DNA of 64,000 nt from the human T2T-CHM13v2.0 reference genome, Homo sapiens, in assembly GCF_009914755.1 (NCBI RefSeq), contig NC_060934.1. One strand, written 5' to 3'. Positions 1 through 11,116 of this stretch are shown here, piece by piece. Numbering within the stretch: the stretch's first letter is position 1; the number at the start of each line of letters is the position of its first letter. Both the position numbers and the translations under genes were made by a program. The notes beneath the pieces were generated by a model that saw nothing but the letters and a program-made list of their open reading frames with translations, was not told the origin of the DNA and did no database searches.

Positions 1-780
1 ACCAATGAGAAAATCAAAAGATTTTTTAAAGCAGCTTACCAGATAATGATTGTTTTGCAGCTTATTTTTTAAATTGTATTTTAAGCCAGGTTTGGAAACC
101 GATGCCTAGCTCAAAGGTAATACCCATGAGACCTAATATGCTCCATTGAAAAAAAAGCTTATGGCATGATCAAATTGAATTTCATGAAGTTCATCTACTA
201 GCTTGTTGGCCTTTACTTCCAAATCTGTTTTATCATATGCACTATAAATTGAAAAGCAACAGGAAAAGTTATGCTGAACAGCTGTCCTGCTATTACAAAA
301 AAATTCTGGGAATGAAGTTAACTATGCCGTGTGATTCCATTTCTGTGCTGCTGAGAAAGGAGCTACATGACAAGGCAATTTCCTTTTACAGTATTTATGA
401 GGACAGATACACTTATGGTGTGAATCACGTCCTCTACACGTGTGTGCAGACAGTAGGGCAATAGAGTCTAAACACCAACTTAGAGGGGTTACCAAAAGAC
501 CAGTGCTCTAAAAAACAAACATTTAAAAAAACCTCTTTTTTCACCAATATACATAATTCCTTCCAGCGCCCCTATCATTTATGCTTTTGGCTTGCATCAT
601 TTTAGGCCCTAAAAGATCTTCAGTTGGAAAAACATAATAGCTTGTCTTTGTGGGGTAAATTGCATATGGAGGAGCTGTTTCACACATATTATCTCACATG
701 ATCCCCACACTGTGGTTTTATAAAAGAAAAAAAGTGAATTTCTTGGAGATGACAAGACTGTCAAAAGCACAGGACTCATG

Positions 781-1050
781 AATTGAATCATGGGGCCAAA
801 GTTTTCCCGTGCTGTTCTCCTGATAGTGAATAAGTCTCACGAGATTTGATGGTTTTATAAAGGGCAGTTCCCCTGTACACACTCTCTTGCCTGCAGTCAT
901 GTAAGACAAGCGTTTGTTCCTTCTTCCCCTTCCACCATGATTGTGAGGCCTCCCCAGCCATTTGGAACTGGAGTCCATTAAACCTTTTTCTTTATAAATT
1001 ACCCAGTCTTGTGTATGTCTTTATCAGCAGTGTGAGAACAGACTAGTACA
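781..1050 (+). mobile_element. THE1B/C-type MaLR LTR, 5'-truncated
   Basis: Matches the recalled THE1 consensus (aattgaatcatgggg...gatagtgaataagtctcacgagat...ccatgattgtgaggcctccccagcca...attaaacct...gactagtaca). Roughly the first 90 bp are missing. Confidence 0.9.
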
Positions 1051-1237
1051 CTTATTTATGTATTTTATTCGTTTTGGAATTAGAGTAAGGAAAATTGTCG
1101 TATAATTTAGTTCTCCTTTTCACCCAGGTGTTAAAAATAGCACCAAATAAACATTGACTTCTTTGTTTTGCCAGATATATAAGAAATTTCCCCTTCCATC
1201 TCATGCCCCTCTGTACCTCATGAGTTCCTATCTGTGC

Positions 1238-1736
1238 TAAATTAATCAGTGTTCTCTAGAAGCAGGTCCAGGAATTGACTCACATTATTTTGGAGGCTGG
1301 GGAGTCCCAAGAGCTGCAGTCAGTAAGTTGGAGGCCTAGGGGAGCTGATGGTGTCAGCTCCAGTCCAAGTCCAAAGGCCTGAGAACATGGAAAACTGATG
1401 ATGGAGTTCCCCACCCAAAGCCCAACAAGCTCAAGACCCAGGAAGAGCCAGTGTTTCCATTTGAGCTTGAAGGAAGGAAAAATACCAATGTCCCAGCTCA
1501 AAGACAGACAGAAGTAATTCTCCTTACTCACAAGAGAGCCAGCCATTTTGTTCTATTCAGGCCTTCAATGAATAGGATGAGGCCCACTCATTTTAGGGAG
1601 AACAATCCACTATACTGAAAGTTCACTAATTTAAATGTTAATCTTATCCCAAAACACACTCACAGAAATACTGTTTGAACAAGTATCTGGACACCTCATG
1701 GTCCAGTCAAATTGACATACAAAATTAAACATAATG
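1238..1736 (-). mobile_element. MLT2 (MLT2C/D-like) ERVL LTR
   Basis: Reverse complement of MLT2 motifs: aaattgacatacaaaattaa, aaatgttaatcttatcccaaaacac, ttctattcaggccttcaa, caagacccaggaagagcc. Confidence 0.85.
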
Positions 1737-1752
1737 GCATACTTTTTCTTAA

Positions 1753-2164
<412 letters not shown>

Positions 2165-3339
2165 CATTATTTAACCATAATTGATTGGTTTTACTTTTCC
2201 ATCCCACTTGCAATGCTGTTCTGTCATCAGTGACAATGTGCATGTATCAACAAATTTTAAATATGAAAATTGGTGAAATATTGCTTTGAATTGAATTTTT
2301 TAAATATAAGATTATTAATGTAATATTCAGTAGATAGAATGGACACAAATAAACTATCCATTTAATGCTATCAAAATACCATCTGTGTTTGGGGGCCAGG
2401 CTATATCACCTTTGTTATACTGTCAATCTATGAGACTCTTTCTTCTAACAGGGCAATTAACATCATTAATCACATTTGGAAAAGCACTGCAGTTAGGGGA
2501 TAGAGGGATGAGTAACACAGGAAGTGTAAAATTAAACACAGGTGATTTAAGAGTCTGCCTTGCAGGTACATAGTAAATATTATAAAAAATTACTTTACAA
2601 GGCTAAGCTTTTTCTCGAAATATAATACATACTTAGTTTACATTTTACTTGAGAAATCAAGTGTTTTTTGTTTACTCTTTGTATCACATCTACCATTATT
2701 TTATTTTTTAATTTTTTATAATTAATTCTTTTTCTCAATTGTTAATTTTTACCCTTTTCTTTTTATCTCTTGTTTTCTATACAGAAAATGCCTAAAATGG
2801 TAATGAAAGAGACGTGAAAGACTATAGATTATTTTTATGATTCTATATAATTTTATTTCTTTCATGAAACAGAGAAAGAACATGTATAGATTGCTTGCTA
2901 AATTTGTAAATGGTCAGAACTTCATTCATAAAGGGAGAAAAGTAAAGATCATTCTATTTTAATTCATAAAACAGAAACTACTTCAAGCATACTTAACGTG
3001 TAAAGTCTAAATGGCAAAGAGGAGAGGATTCTAATTACATGCTTGCCTTCAGACACTTAATTGAGTTGCCTGAGATTAGTTAATTTGCTCAAAACATTTT
3101 TGTTGATGTCATTTTAACTGTCCAACATAGTTCAGAACTTTAAAGATTGATTAATTGGTAACAACTTATTTTTTGGGTCTTGTATCTACTGTGAAGACAT
3201 CTAAATTAATTCTAAGCATAAATAAAATTTAGAAATTGATTTTGTATCTGGCATTATTTAAGATTTTGTTCTATGTTGTTAACTATGCTGAGCTATAATT
3301 ACATAACCATATTGAAATTCAAAAGTCAAAATGGATCTC

Positions 3340-3640
3340 ATAGTGTTTTCACTGGCAAGAAGTTCTGATCAATAACTCATACCACATGCAAAAATCAATT
3401 CTGTTTAATTGTGTTTCTAAATGAGAAAGTTAAAACATTGACACTTCTAGAAGAAAATGCAGAAGGAAATCTTGATAATATACATTAGGTAAATACAGCA
3501 TAATAAGTACTAATCAGAAAGTAAGAAATTGGTACCTTATATTCAAACTAATAAATTCCGTTCCTCAAATGATGCCCTACGAGTGAAAACATGAGCTACC
3601 ACATGGATAAATGTTTGCTTCTATGTATGACAAATTAAGT
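3340..3640 (+). mobile_element. old L1M ORF2 fragment
   Basis: ctcataccacatgcaaaaatcaattc...cttctagaagaaaatgcagaaggaaatctt...gtgaaaac resembles the L1 ORF2 3' region. Confidence 0.65.
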
Positions 3641-5045
3641 CCCTACCGGACCTTCCTGCAGAAAGGAATGGCAAACCTTGGACACAGCACAAAAAGCGAG
3701 TGCCTGCAGGCACCAGAGTAGGCTGGCCAAGAGCAGACAGACTGGATGGAGGGTGTGCACATTTTCCAAGACCATTGAAGACCAGGAGGTATAAAAATTT
3801 GTTGCTTGTGGCCCGGGGCGAAGTAGTCCGTGTAGCATGACCAGTGCCGGGGGGACAGAGATGGAAGATCCCTCCAGTATTCTGACCAGGGGCACAGGAA
3901 AGCGAGGTTGGGAGAACGATGACAAGGAGATTACGATATCCCATAAAAAAAGGAGCAGAAAGAGGGATCACCTAAATCTCTCTACCCACATCTCCTGCTG
4001 ATTCCTAAATCATGGACGTGTAGGATAGTTCAAAAATATCTCAGCTTAAATGAAGTGATCTGGACGAAGACCAGAGCTGCCTCCCAAGGAGTAGAGTTTG
4101 CAGATCAAACTAGCCAAGAAAATGGCCTGCTGAGACATAGGAAACATGCCCATCGGAGAAACCTAAGGAAGCCTGAATCTCCTCACATTCATATTTACAA
4201 CACCGCAGATATAACCCGAGATTACTCGGAAATGATCTGCTGAGACATAGGAAACCATGCCCATCAGAGAAACCTGAGGAGGCCAGAGTCTCCTCACATT
4301 CATATTCACAACACTGCGGATATAATCCGAGATTACCCGGAAATGATCTGCTGAGACAAAAGAAACCATGCCCATCGGAGAAACCTAAGGAGGCCAGAGT
4401 ATCCTCACATTCTTATTCACGACACCAGAGACATAATCTGAGATTACCCGGAAATGATCTGCTGAGACATAGGAAGCTATGCCCATCAGAGAAAACTAAC
4501 AGAAGCCGGAATCTCCTCACATTCACGTTCACGACATCGCAGATATAGTCCGAGGTTACCCGGAAATGATCTGCTGAGACATAGGAAGCTATGCCCATCA
4601 GAGAAAACTAACAGAAGCCGGAATCTCCTCACATTCATGTTCACGACATCGCAGATATAGTCCGAGGTTACCCGGAAATGATCTGCGGAGACACAAGAAA
4701 CCATGCCCATCAGAGAAACCTAACGAGGCCAGAATCTCCTCATTCATATTCACGACACGACAGATATAATCCGAAGTTACCAGGCATACACAGAATCAGG
4801 AAAATGGAACACATTCTCAGGAGAAAAGAAAAACAATTGATTCTGAGCCTGAGATGAACCAGACATTTCAATTAATGGTAACAATTTTGAAGCAGCCATT
4901 ATATTTATTTTTAATAACTAAATCAAAACATTGTTCCCAATGAATGAGAAACAAGAAGTATAAAGAGTAGAAACAGAAAAGTAGGATCACATGGAAATTC
5001 TACAACTAAAAAATAGAATTTCTGAAATAAAATGTTCAAAGAGCA
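3641..5045 (+). mobile_element. old L1M (L1MD/L1ME-like) 5'UTR-ORF1 fragment containing a VNTR
   Basis: gagtttgcag...ctgct and, after the array, caggaaaatggaacacattctcaggagaaaag...ctgagatgaaccagac...ttttgaagcagccattata match the recalled L1M 5' end / ORF1 start. Confidence 0.7.
4127..4783. repeat. Minisatellite/VNTR, ~111-bp unit, ~5.9 copies
   Basis: Units start ctgc(t/g)gagac at 4127, 4237, 4348, 4459, 4571 and 4683 (periods 110, 111, 111, 112, 112). Units 4 and 5 differ at one base. Confidence 0.97.
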
Positions 5046-5049
5046 TAGA

Positions 5050-5670
5050 ATTACTAAAAACGTCGATGAAGATGTGGAGCTGAAAGTCTCACACATTGCT
5101 TGTGGGAATGAAAGATGATCTTGAAGTTTCTCACGCAGATAAACATATAGTTAGTACATTACTCAACAATTCTACCTCTTGGCATTTACTAAAAAAAAAA
5201 GAAAAGAAAATTCAGTCAATAAAGGCTTGTACATAAAAGCTTTGGATGTAATAGTTTAATTCTTACTAGAAGATTAAGATTAATACTTAATAGATAACGG
5301 TGGAAACTGAAATCTACCTACATGCCCGGTTACTATTATAGAAGAATAGATAAACCAATCGTGGTCTCTTCACATAATAGAATAGTATTCAGTAATAAAA
5401 GCTAATGTCTTATTTTTATCAATGACAAGTATATCAAAAATATTTTCCTCAGTGAAGGAAGATAGGCACAAAAGAGGATGCCCTGTAATTCCATTAGTAT
5501 TACATTCTAAAAACGGCAATAGTATTCTATATGCACAGAGGACAGAGCAAGGAAGGACTCTGTAAGCTTGCGAAAGGAGAAGAGCATGATTACAGAGAGC
5601 ACAGAGTAGTCTTTGTGGGATGAAGGAAATAGTCTCTATCTTTACTGTGGCAATGGTAAAACAGTAACAG
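5050..5670 (+). mobile_element. old L1ME-like ORF2 end / 3'UTR
   Basis: gatgaagatgtggag...cacattgcttgtgggaatg...caacaattctacctcttggcattta...ttgtgggatgaaggaaatagtctctatctt...tgtggcaatggt. Confidence 0.7.
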
Positions 5671-7462
5671 ATAATCAGGTAAGTTTAGGGTTTACTTCAG
5701 AATTTATCCAACTTTTGAAGTGTCAGAGGACACCAATTTTAAAAAAAACTATTTAAATTTTTGTTAGCTCAGTTTTCCTGTGCTTACATGAACTGCAGCT
5801 CTTTATTCCTCTTAACTTGTTAACATCAAGGAACATACTGTTTGAAAAGCTGCTTCAAAAGGGATAGAAAGAAAATGAATCAAAAACACTAACAGTAAGC
5901 CCCTATACCCTTGTAGAGGAAATGATAGGGACGTAAACATATTTATTACTGGCATGTAGTGCTAAGTGCTATAAAAAGATCCAAAAAATGTGCTAGAAAT
6001 TTTTACAATGTATTTTATATATTGCTTCCTAAATGCAGTATAAAGCCATGAGATAGAGACCTTTTGAGCTCAAAATTTCCCCCTGGAGTCCCTATTTTTA
6101 ATGTAACCCACAGTTGCTGGAAATACTAACTTTTTCTTAATACATTTAGATTTAGAGAGAATTCCCTTAAGAAACAAGAATTGTTTTGACGTGTATAATT
6201 GTAGGAATTTGAGAGGAACATGAAAATGTTGCTAAGTAAAAATTTCTATGGGTATTTAGAGGTACTGACACATGTACCCAATATATATAGTTCTGTATAA
6301 TGTCTGGGGAACTCTTAAGTTCTACTTCACTAATAAAACACATGCTAAAAAGGGGAAAAGGGGAAACATTTTCACATAGTTTTATGTCAGCAATCTAAAA
6401 TACAACCTAAAGGAAAGTTTGATCTGGGCTTTATGTTTTTCCCAGCCTTTGTGAAGGTTTCTAACAGAATTGATTTATTTGAGCATCTAGTTTTAAAGTG
6501 AACAGTTCCTAGCAATGTGAATGCCTATAGTGACCTTCACAGCTTGTCTTTTAAGAGGCATGGTGACGCTTGCCAGTAGCTTTTGTAACTGTGGATTATT
6601 CTCTAAGCTTTACACACACTGAGCCCAATTTGCTGAGTAGGTGTGTTTTTCCCTGCCCAAAATTTTAAGAGATTTGAAAGGTGCTTTAATTCTTACCATG
6701 CAGTAAACGCTACACTGGTGATGTTGACATACTAGATTCCCCACACAACTATATTCCTTTCAGCACGTAGTTTCTGCAGCCTTATTTCATGTCCTGGTTT
6801 CCACCCTGGTTCACCATTCCATCAGGAGTCAGGGCTCCTGAATCTAGCTGGTGGCTGAACCAGCCTTGAACAGGATATCTCTCTTCCACTCCCCAGTGGA
6901 AGAGCAGACCCTGGGAACTCCCTGGTTCATTCCACATCTTGACAGAGACTAAAGTAAAGAGTGCTTTCATCACATTGTGATGTCAAAGAACTTTCACACA
7001 CCCCTAAAATTCTGAACTCTTTGAAAAAACCCAATGAGGATTGAAAAATTGACACACCTGAAAGCTAGTGTTTGGGAAGACAACAACCCAGGGCTGTTCT
7101 GTTTCTGACTCAAGATATTGGAGCAAGCTATGCCTCTCCATGGAGGTAATCCCTCCTCAACTCCTAGTGTTGAGTCCAGGAGTCAGAGGGCCTGTATTAT
7201 TGTAGACACACACGGGCATTTAAGCAAGACTTACCACACTAGGGTCTTCCATCCATTCTACCACTTACTGTCATCTTCTATAACATACACAGAAGAAAGC
7301 AGGAGGAGTGTATCTGTGTCCACATTTTCTGCCTGGCACAAAAAATGATGAATCCACAAAGTGCAGTTTCACCTAGCATTTATCAGCCATCAAAGCTGTA
7401 CAGTAATGTGACTTTCTATTTAATTCCTCACCATACCATATTGTTTAAAAAAGATTCCATCA

Positions 7463-7760
7463 GGCCTGGGTACAGTGGCTCACACCTGCAATCCTAGCAC
7501 TTTGGGAGGCCAGGTGGATGGACCACTTGAGCCCAGGAGATCGAGACTAGCCAGGGCAACATGGAAAAATCCCTTTTCTACAAAAAGTACAAAAAGAAAA
7601 TTAGCTGGGTGTGATGGTGCGTGCCTATAGTCCCAGGTACTCAGGAGGTTGAGGTGGGAGGATCAGCTGATCCTGGGAGGTCGAGGCTGCAGTGAGCCCT
7701 GATTGCACTACTGCATTCCAGCCTGGGTGACAGAGTGAGACCCTTCCCCCTCACCCCCAT
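7463..7760 (+). mobile_element. AluJ
   Basis: AluJ diagnostics (cttgagcccaggag, gaggctgcagtgagc). Degenerate TSD aaaaaagattccatca (7447-7462) / aaaaaggattctgtca (7761-7776). The tail is C-rich. Confidence 0.95.
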
Positions 7761-8559
7761 AAAAAGGATTCTGTCATCTGATTTATAGAGGACCTTTTAA
7801 ATCACTAAACTCAGAACAAATTAAAATATCCAAAACATATATTTATAATTGTACATACAAGATTCAGCTGGCTACCAGAATTTTAAATAGGTAAATGGGT
7901 ATTTTAGCCCTCTATGAATATCAATTAGGTGCAAATATAGCCTTTGCCATCGGAGTGAAATATCATATAATGACTAGGTCTCTGAACAAATTTGTTGAAT
8001 TTATTTTATTTTGTATTTTGAAGTTGCTTTTAATATGAGTGTTGGAATACAAGGGTCTTAGTAATTGGATTACCAGAGTATCTGAGTACCAAAAAAGATA
8101 TGAGAAAATTACTTCCATTAGGTTCCAAAGGATTTATTGAGATCCTAAAATATCATATTTGCCATAGGGGAGAATTGTCTTCCAAAATCATTTTTCTTTT
8201 TTAAATTCGGGTGTCCAAAGCCACTGCACTTACTGCAATTAATAAAATTCTCTGGCAAGGCATAAGAGTGTTCTTGCTTCAAGCTGCAAACACTTTCCCC
8301 TGAAGACTTGGAATGACACGAAATTAATATGAAGGAGGAAAGAAAGAATTAATTAGTATTTGATAGTGGAGCATTAAACGTTGATTTATTAGTCACAACC
8401 AACATTAGGTAAGCTTACTTTATAAACCTCAAACCATATCCTTCCCAGGTTTGTTCTCATCACCACCATAAATTGCCCATATACTAACTGATGGTAATTT
8501 GTCACAAACAAACATAAGGGGCTCTTAGTCAAATGGTGACATATATGTGAGTGTATAAA

Positions 8560-8760
8560 CTTCCTCTTATTAACATGACTCAAGGAATATACCAACTATG
8601 GGGAAGATTGCATCAGCAAAGAAAAAGGAAGAAGGATGTACCTACAAGCAAATGCAAATGGAAACAAAAGCAGGGATCATAATCTCTGCAGAGAAAAAGT
8701 GTTCAAGCCAACACATTATATAAACAATGAGGACTATGTTTTTTGACAAATGTTAAAATT
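8560..8760 (+). mobile_element. old L1M ORF2 endonuclease-region fragment
   Basis: caagcaaatgcaaatggaaacaaaagcaggg...ttcaagccaacacatt resembles L1 EN-domain DNA. Confidence 0.5.
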
Positions 8761-9019
8761 TGCACGATCTTGCATTTTATTTATGTTGCTGATTTTATAA
8801 TTCTGATTAAAGCTGACCTGAATGTATTCAGTTTATGTGTAATACCCTAGTACTTTAATGCATTTTTTGGAGGAATGAGTAATATTATTTTTCATAGATG
8901 AAGAAGGAACTGGTAGTGAGTCAAGACATACTGGAGCAAAATAATAATAAAAGTTATTATTACCAAAAAAAGTAAAATAAAACTTCTAGTCATTAAATAT
9001 TGTCTCCATCTCCTTCTTC

Positions 9020-9250
9020 TCCATAGATGAGGAAGCCTGCAGCCCCCGAAGGTCACGGATGCTGTTGGAGCCACGAGGAAGAGCCATCAGCCCAGGGAGA
9101 CCCTGAGGGTCAGGGCATCTCCATGGATGAGCTCCGTGTACTGCTGGACTCATCCAACCCTTCGTGGACATCACTTTGTAGTGAAAATCCCTTTTGTTGT
9201 TGAAGAAAGCCTGAGTTGGGTGATTTATTACTCATAAAGTATGTTAATAC
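9020..9250 (+). mobile_element. old MLT1 (MaLR) LTR 3' fragment
   Basis: The ending aaatcccttttgttgttgaagaaagcctgagttgggtgatttattact...taatac is typical of MLT1 3' ends. Confidence 0.5.
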
Positions 9251-9339
9251 CTTGATGCTAATATTCTCATGAGAGAATTATACTCTAGTCTTATGATAGC
9301 ACTAAAAGTAACTTAAAGGCCCCACGCTTCTCCAGATAA

Positions 9340-9530
9340 AACCAACACTTGTGAAACCCTTGCTTTGCCGTTTACTATCTATGTTCCTGGACAAACTATT
9401 AAATGTGCCGAGTCTACACCTCCACCTCAGTTTAGGATCAATAATCTATATCTTTTCTTTTTCAGTTTCAATACATAAAAATAAGTGCCATGAGTAGTTC
9501 TTGTAACTGAATAGGCACTTAAAAGTGAAA
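9340..9530 (+). mobile_element. degraded MIR
   Basis: Weak similarity to the MIR core (ctttgccgtttactatctatgttcctggacaaactatt). Confidence 0.4.
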
Positions 9531-9626
9531 TTAGGCTCTTCATTTCTCCTGCTTTCTTATCGTACATCTTTATGATACTTTAATTTGAGCTACAACCCCT
9601 GAGATCTTCTTGAGAGTTAATCACTG

Positions 9627-9810
9627 CTGAGAGACAATACAGAGACAGGACAATAGACAGATCGCATGTGACGACAGAGCTCTGACCCACAACCTCTGCA
9701 GCAATTGCTCCCCAACAATGGGGACTTAGTGAATAACTGCTACCTGCCCTATTTATGCCCCCAACTCAGGAACAGCAGGTCAATCCAATATGCTTCTCTA
9801 ATACCCACAT
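9627..9810 (+). mobile_element. ERVL LTR fragment (MER54/MER74-like)
   Basis: gacagagctctgacccacaacctctgcagcaa...ggacttagtgaataactgc...ccaactcagga...aatatgctt. Confidence 0.6.
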
Positions 9811-10604
9811 AGTTCTCATTCTTTTATTTTTAATGTTTATTTTGATCTACAATTAAAATAACAGCTAACAATCATAGGTATGCATCCTTCAATGCTTCCA
9901 ACTTATAATCATTCTTGTATTAAGAATTTTACTCTTTCATTTTCCTGTGGTTGTTTTTTTCCCCTCAGGTTCTGCAAACACATTTGTTGCCTAAAATTGC
10001 ACCTCTGAGAAATTCCAGCACACTGGCATAGTGTTCTGGACTCTCGCTGTGGTATTACTGCCAGCACTATGCTTCCTTATTAAAAAATGTAGAGGCTCAC
10101 TTGCAGCAAGCTTGATAGCAGGATGATAAAATGGCAGGGTATTTTTAAACACAGATTTTATGAGATGTATTACATGGAATTAAATTTAGACCATATATCA
10201 AGGAAATCACCATAGAGCTTTGAGCGTGATTCAGATCATCCTGGCATTAGTTGGACCACTCTGTTGGCTCAACAATGTCATTGCCTGAGTGGGAAATAAA
10301 TGGCCAAGTCTATGGGGGCACTATCGGGTTGGCTTGCTGGTCACAGCATCCTCCCCCCACAAGATGTCTCATCTGGAAGGGTATGTAGGGCAGCAATTGG
10401 TGGAAATACACAGCAGAAGAAGATTGTGACTCTTTCTCCAACACACCCCCTCCTCCTCAGTACACAACCTCTGCTCCCAATGATGGTACAAACATCAGGG
10501 ATTTGACAGTACACACTCAAGAAACTGTTTTTTGGTGGTGTGTTTGTTTTTCTTTTTTCTTTTTTAGTTTGTTTTTGGTAGGATCTATCTAAATGTAAGG
10601 TTAT

Positions 10605-11116
10605 TTTGATGGTTAATATTGAATGTCAACTTGATTGAAGGATGCAAAGTATTGTTCCTGGATGTGTCTGTGAGGGTGTTACTGAAGGAGATTAACATTT
10701 GAGTCGGTGAACTGGGAGAGGCAGACCCACCCTCAGTCTGGGTGGGCACCATCTAATCAGCTGCTAGGGCTGCTACAATAAAAGCAGGCAGAAGAACATG
10801 AAGGACTAGACCAGTTGATTCTTCCGGCCTCCATCTTTCTCCCATGCTGGTTGCTTCCTGCCCTTGAGTATTAAACTCCAAGTTCTTCACCTTTGGGACT
10901 CTTGGACATTTGACCACACACTGAAGGCTGCACCGTCGGCTTCCCAACTTTTGAGGTTTTGGGACTTGGACCGGCTTTCTTGCTTCTTTGCTTGCAGACA
11001 GCCTATTGTAAGACTTCACCTTGTGATCGTGTGAGTCAGAACTCCTTAATGAACTCTTCCTCATGTATACAGCTATCCTATTAGTTCTGTGCCTCCAGAG
11101 AACCCTGACTAATACA
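10605..11116 (+). mobile_element. MLT2A (HERV-L) solo LTR
   Basis: tgatggttaatattgaatgtcaacttgattgaaggatgc...gagaaccctgactaataca, with a 5-bp TSD gttat/gttac. Confidence 0.95.

Noticed and set aside
4055-4710. Repetitive ORFs across the VNTR (…SADHFRV… peptides)
   Set aside because: Unit lengths of 110 and 112 shift frame, stops are frequent, and the DNA is L1-derived. Not a repeat protein.
4127-4783. Regularly spaced repeats as a possible CRISPR-like array
   Set aside because: Whole units are homologous, with no unique spacers and no cas genes, in primate DNA.
6881-6904. Perfect 10-bp hairpin ctcttccact-cccc-agtggaagag
   Set aside because: About one such stem is expected by chance in 64 kb, and it is too short for a pre-miRNA.
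8892-9074. 60-aa ORF with a basic cluster followed by a hydrophobic, TM-like stretch
   Set aside because: It has a GTG start, overlaps an MLT1 remnant, and its hydrophobicity follows from T-rich composition.
9930-10140. Strong plus-strand acceptor ttttttcccctcAG at 9968
   Set aside because: No convincing donor at exon distance, and isolated acceptors are common in T-rich DNA.
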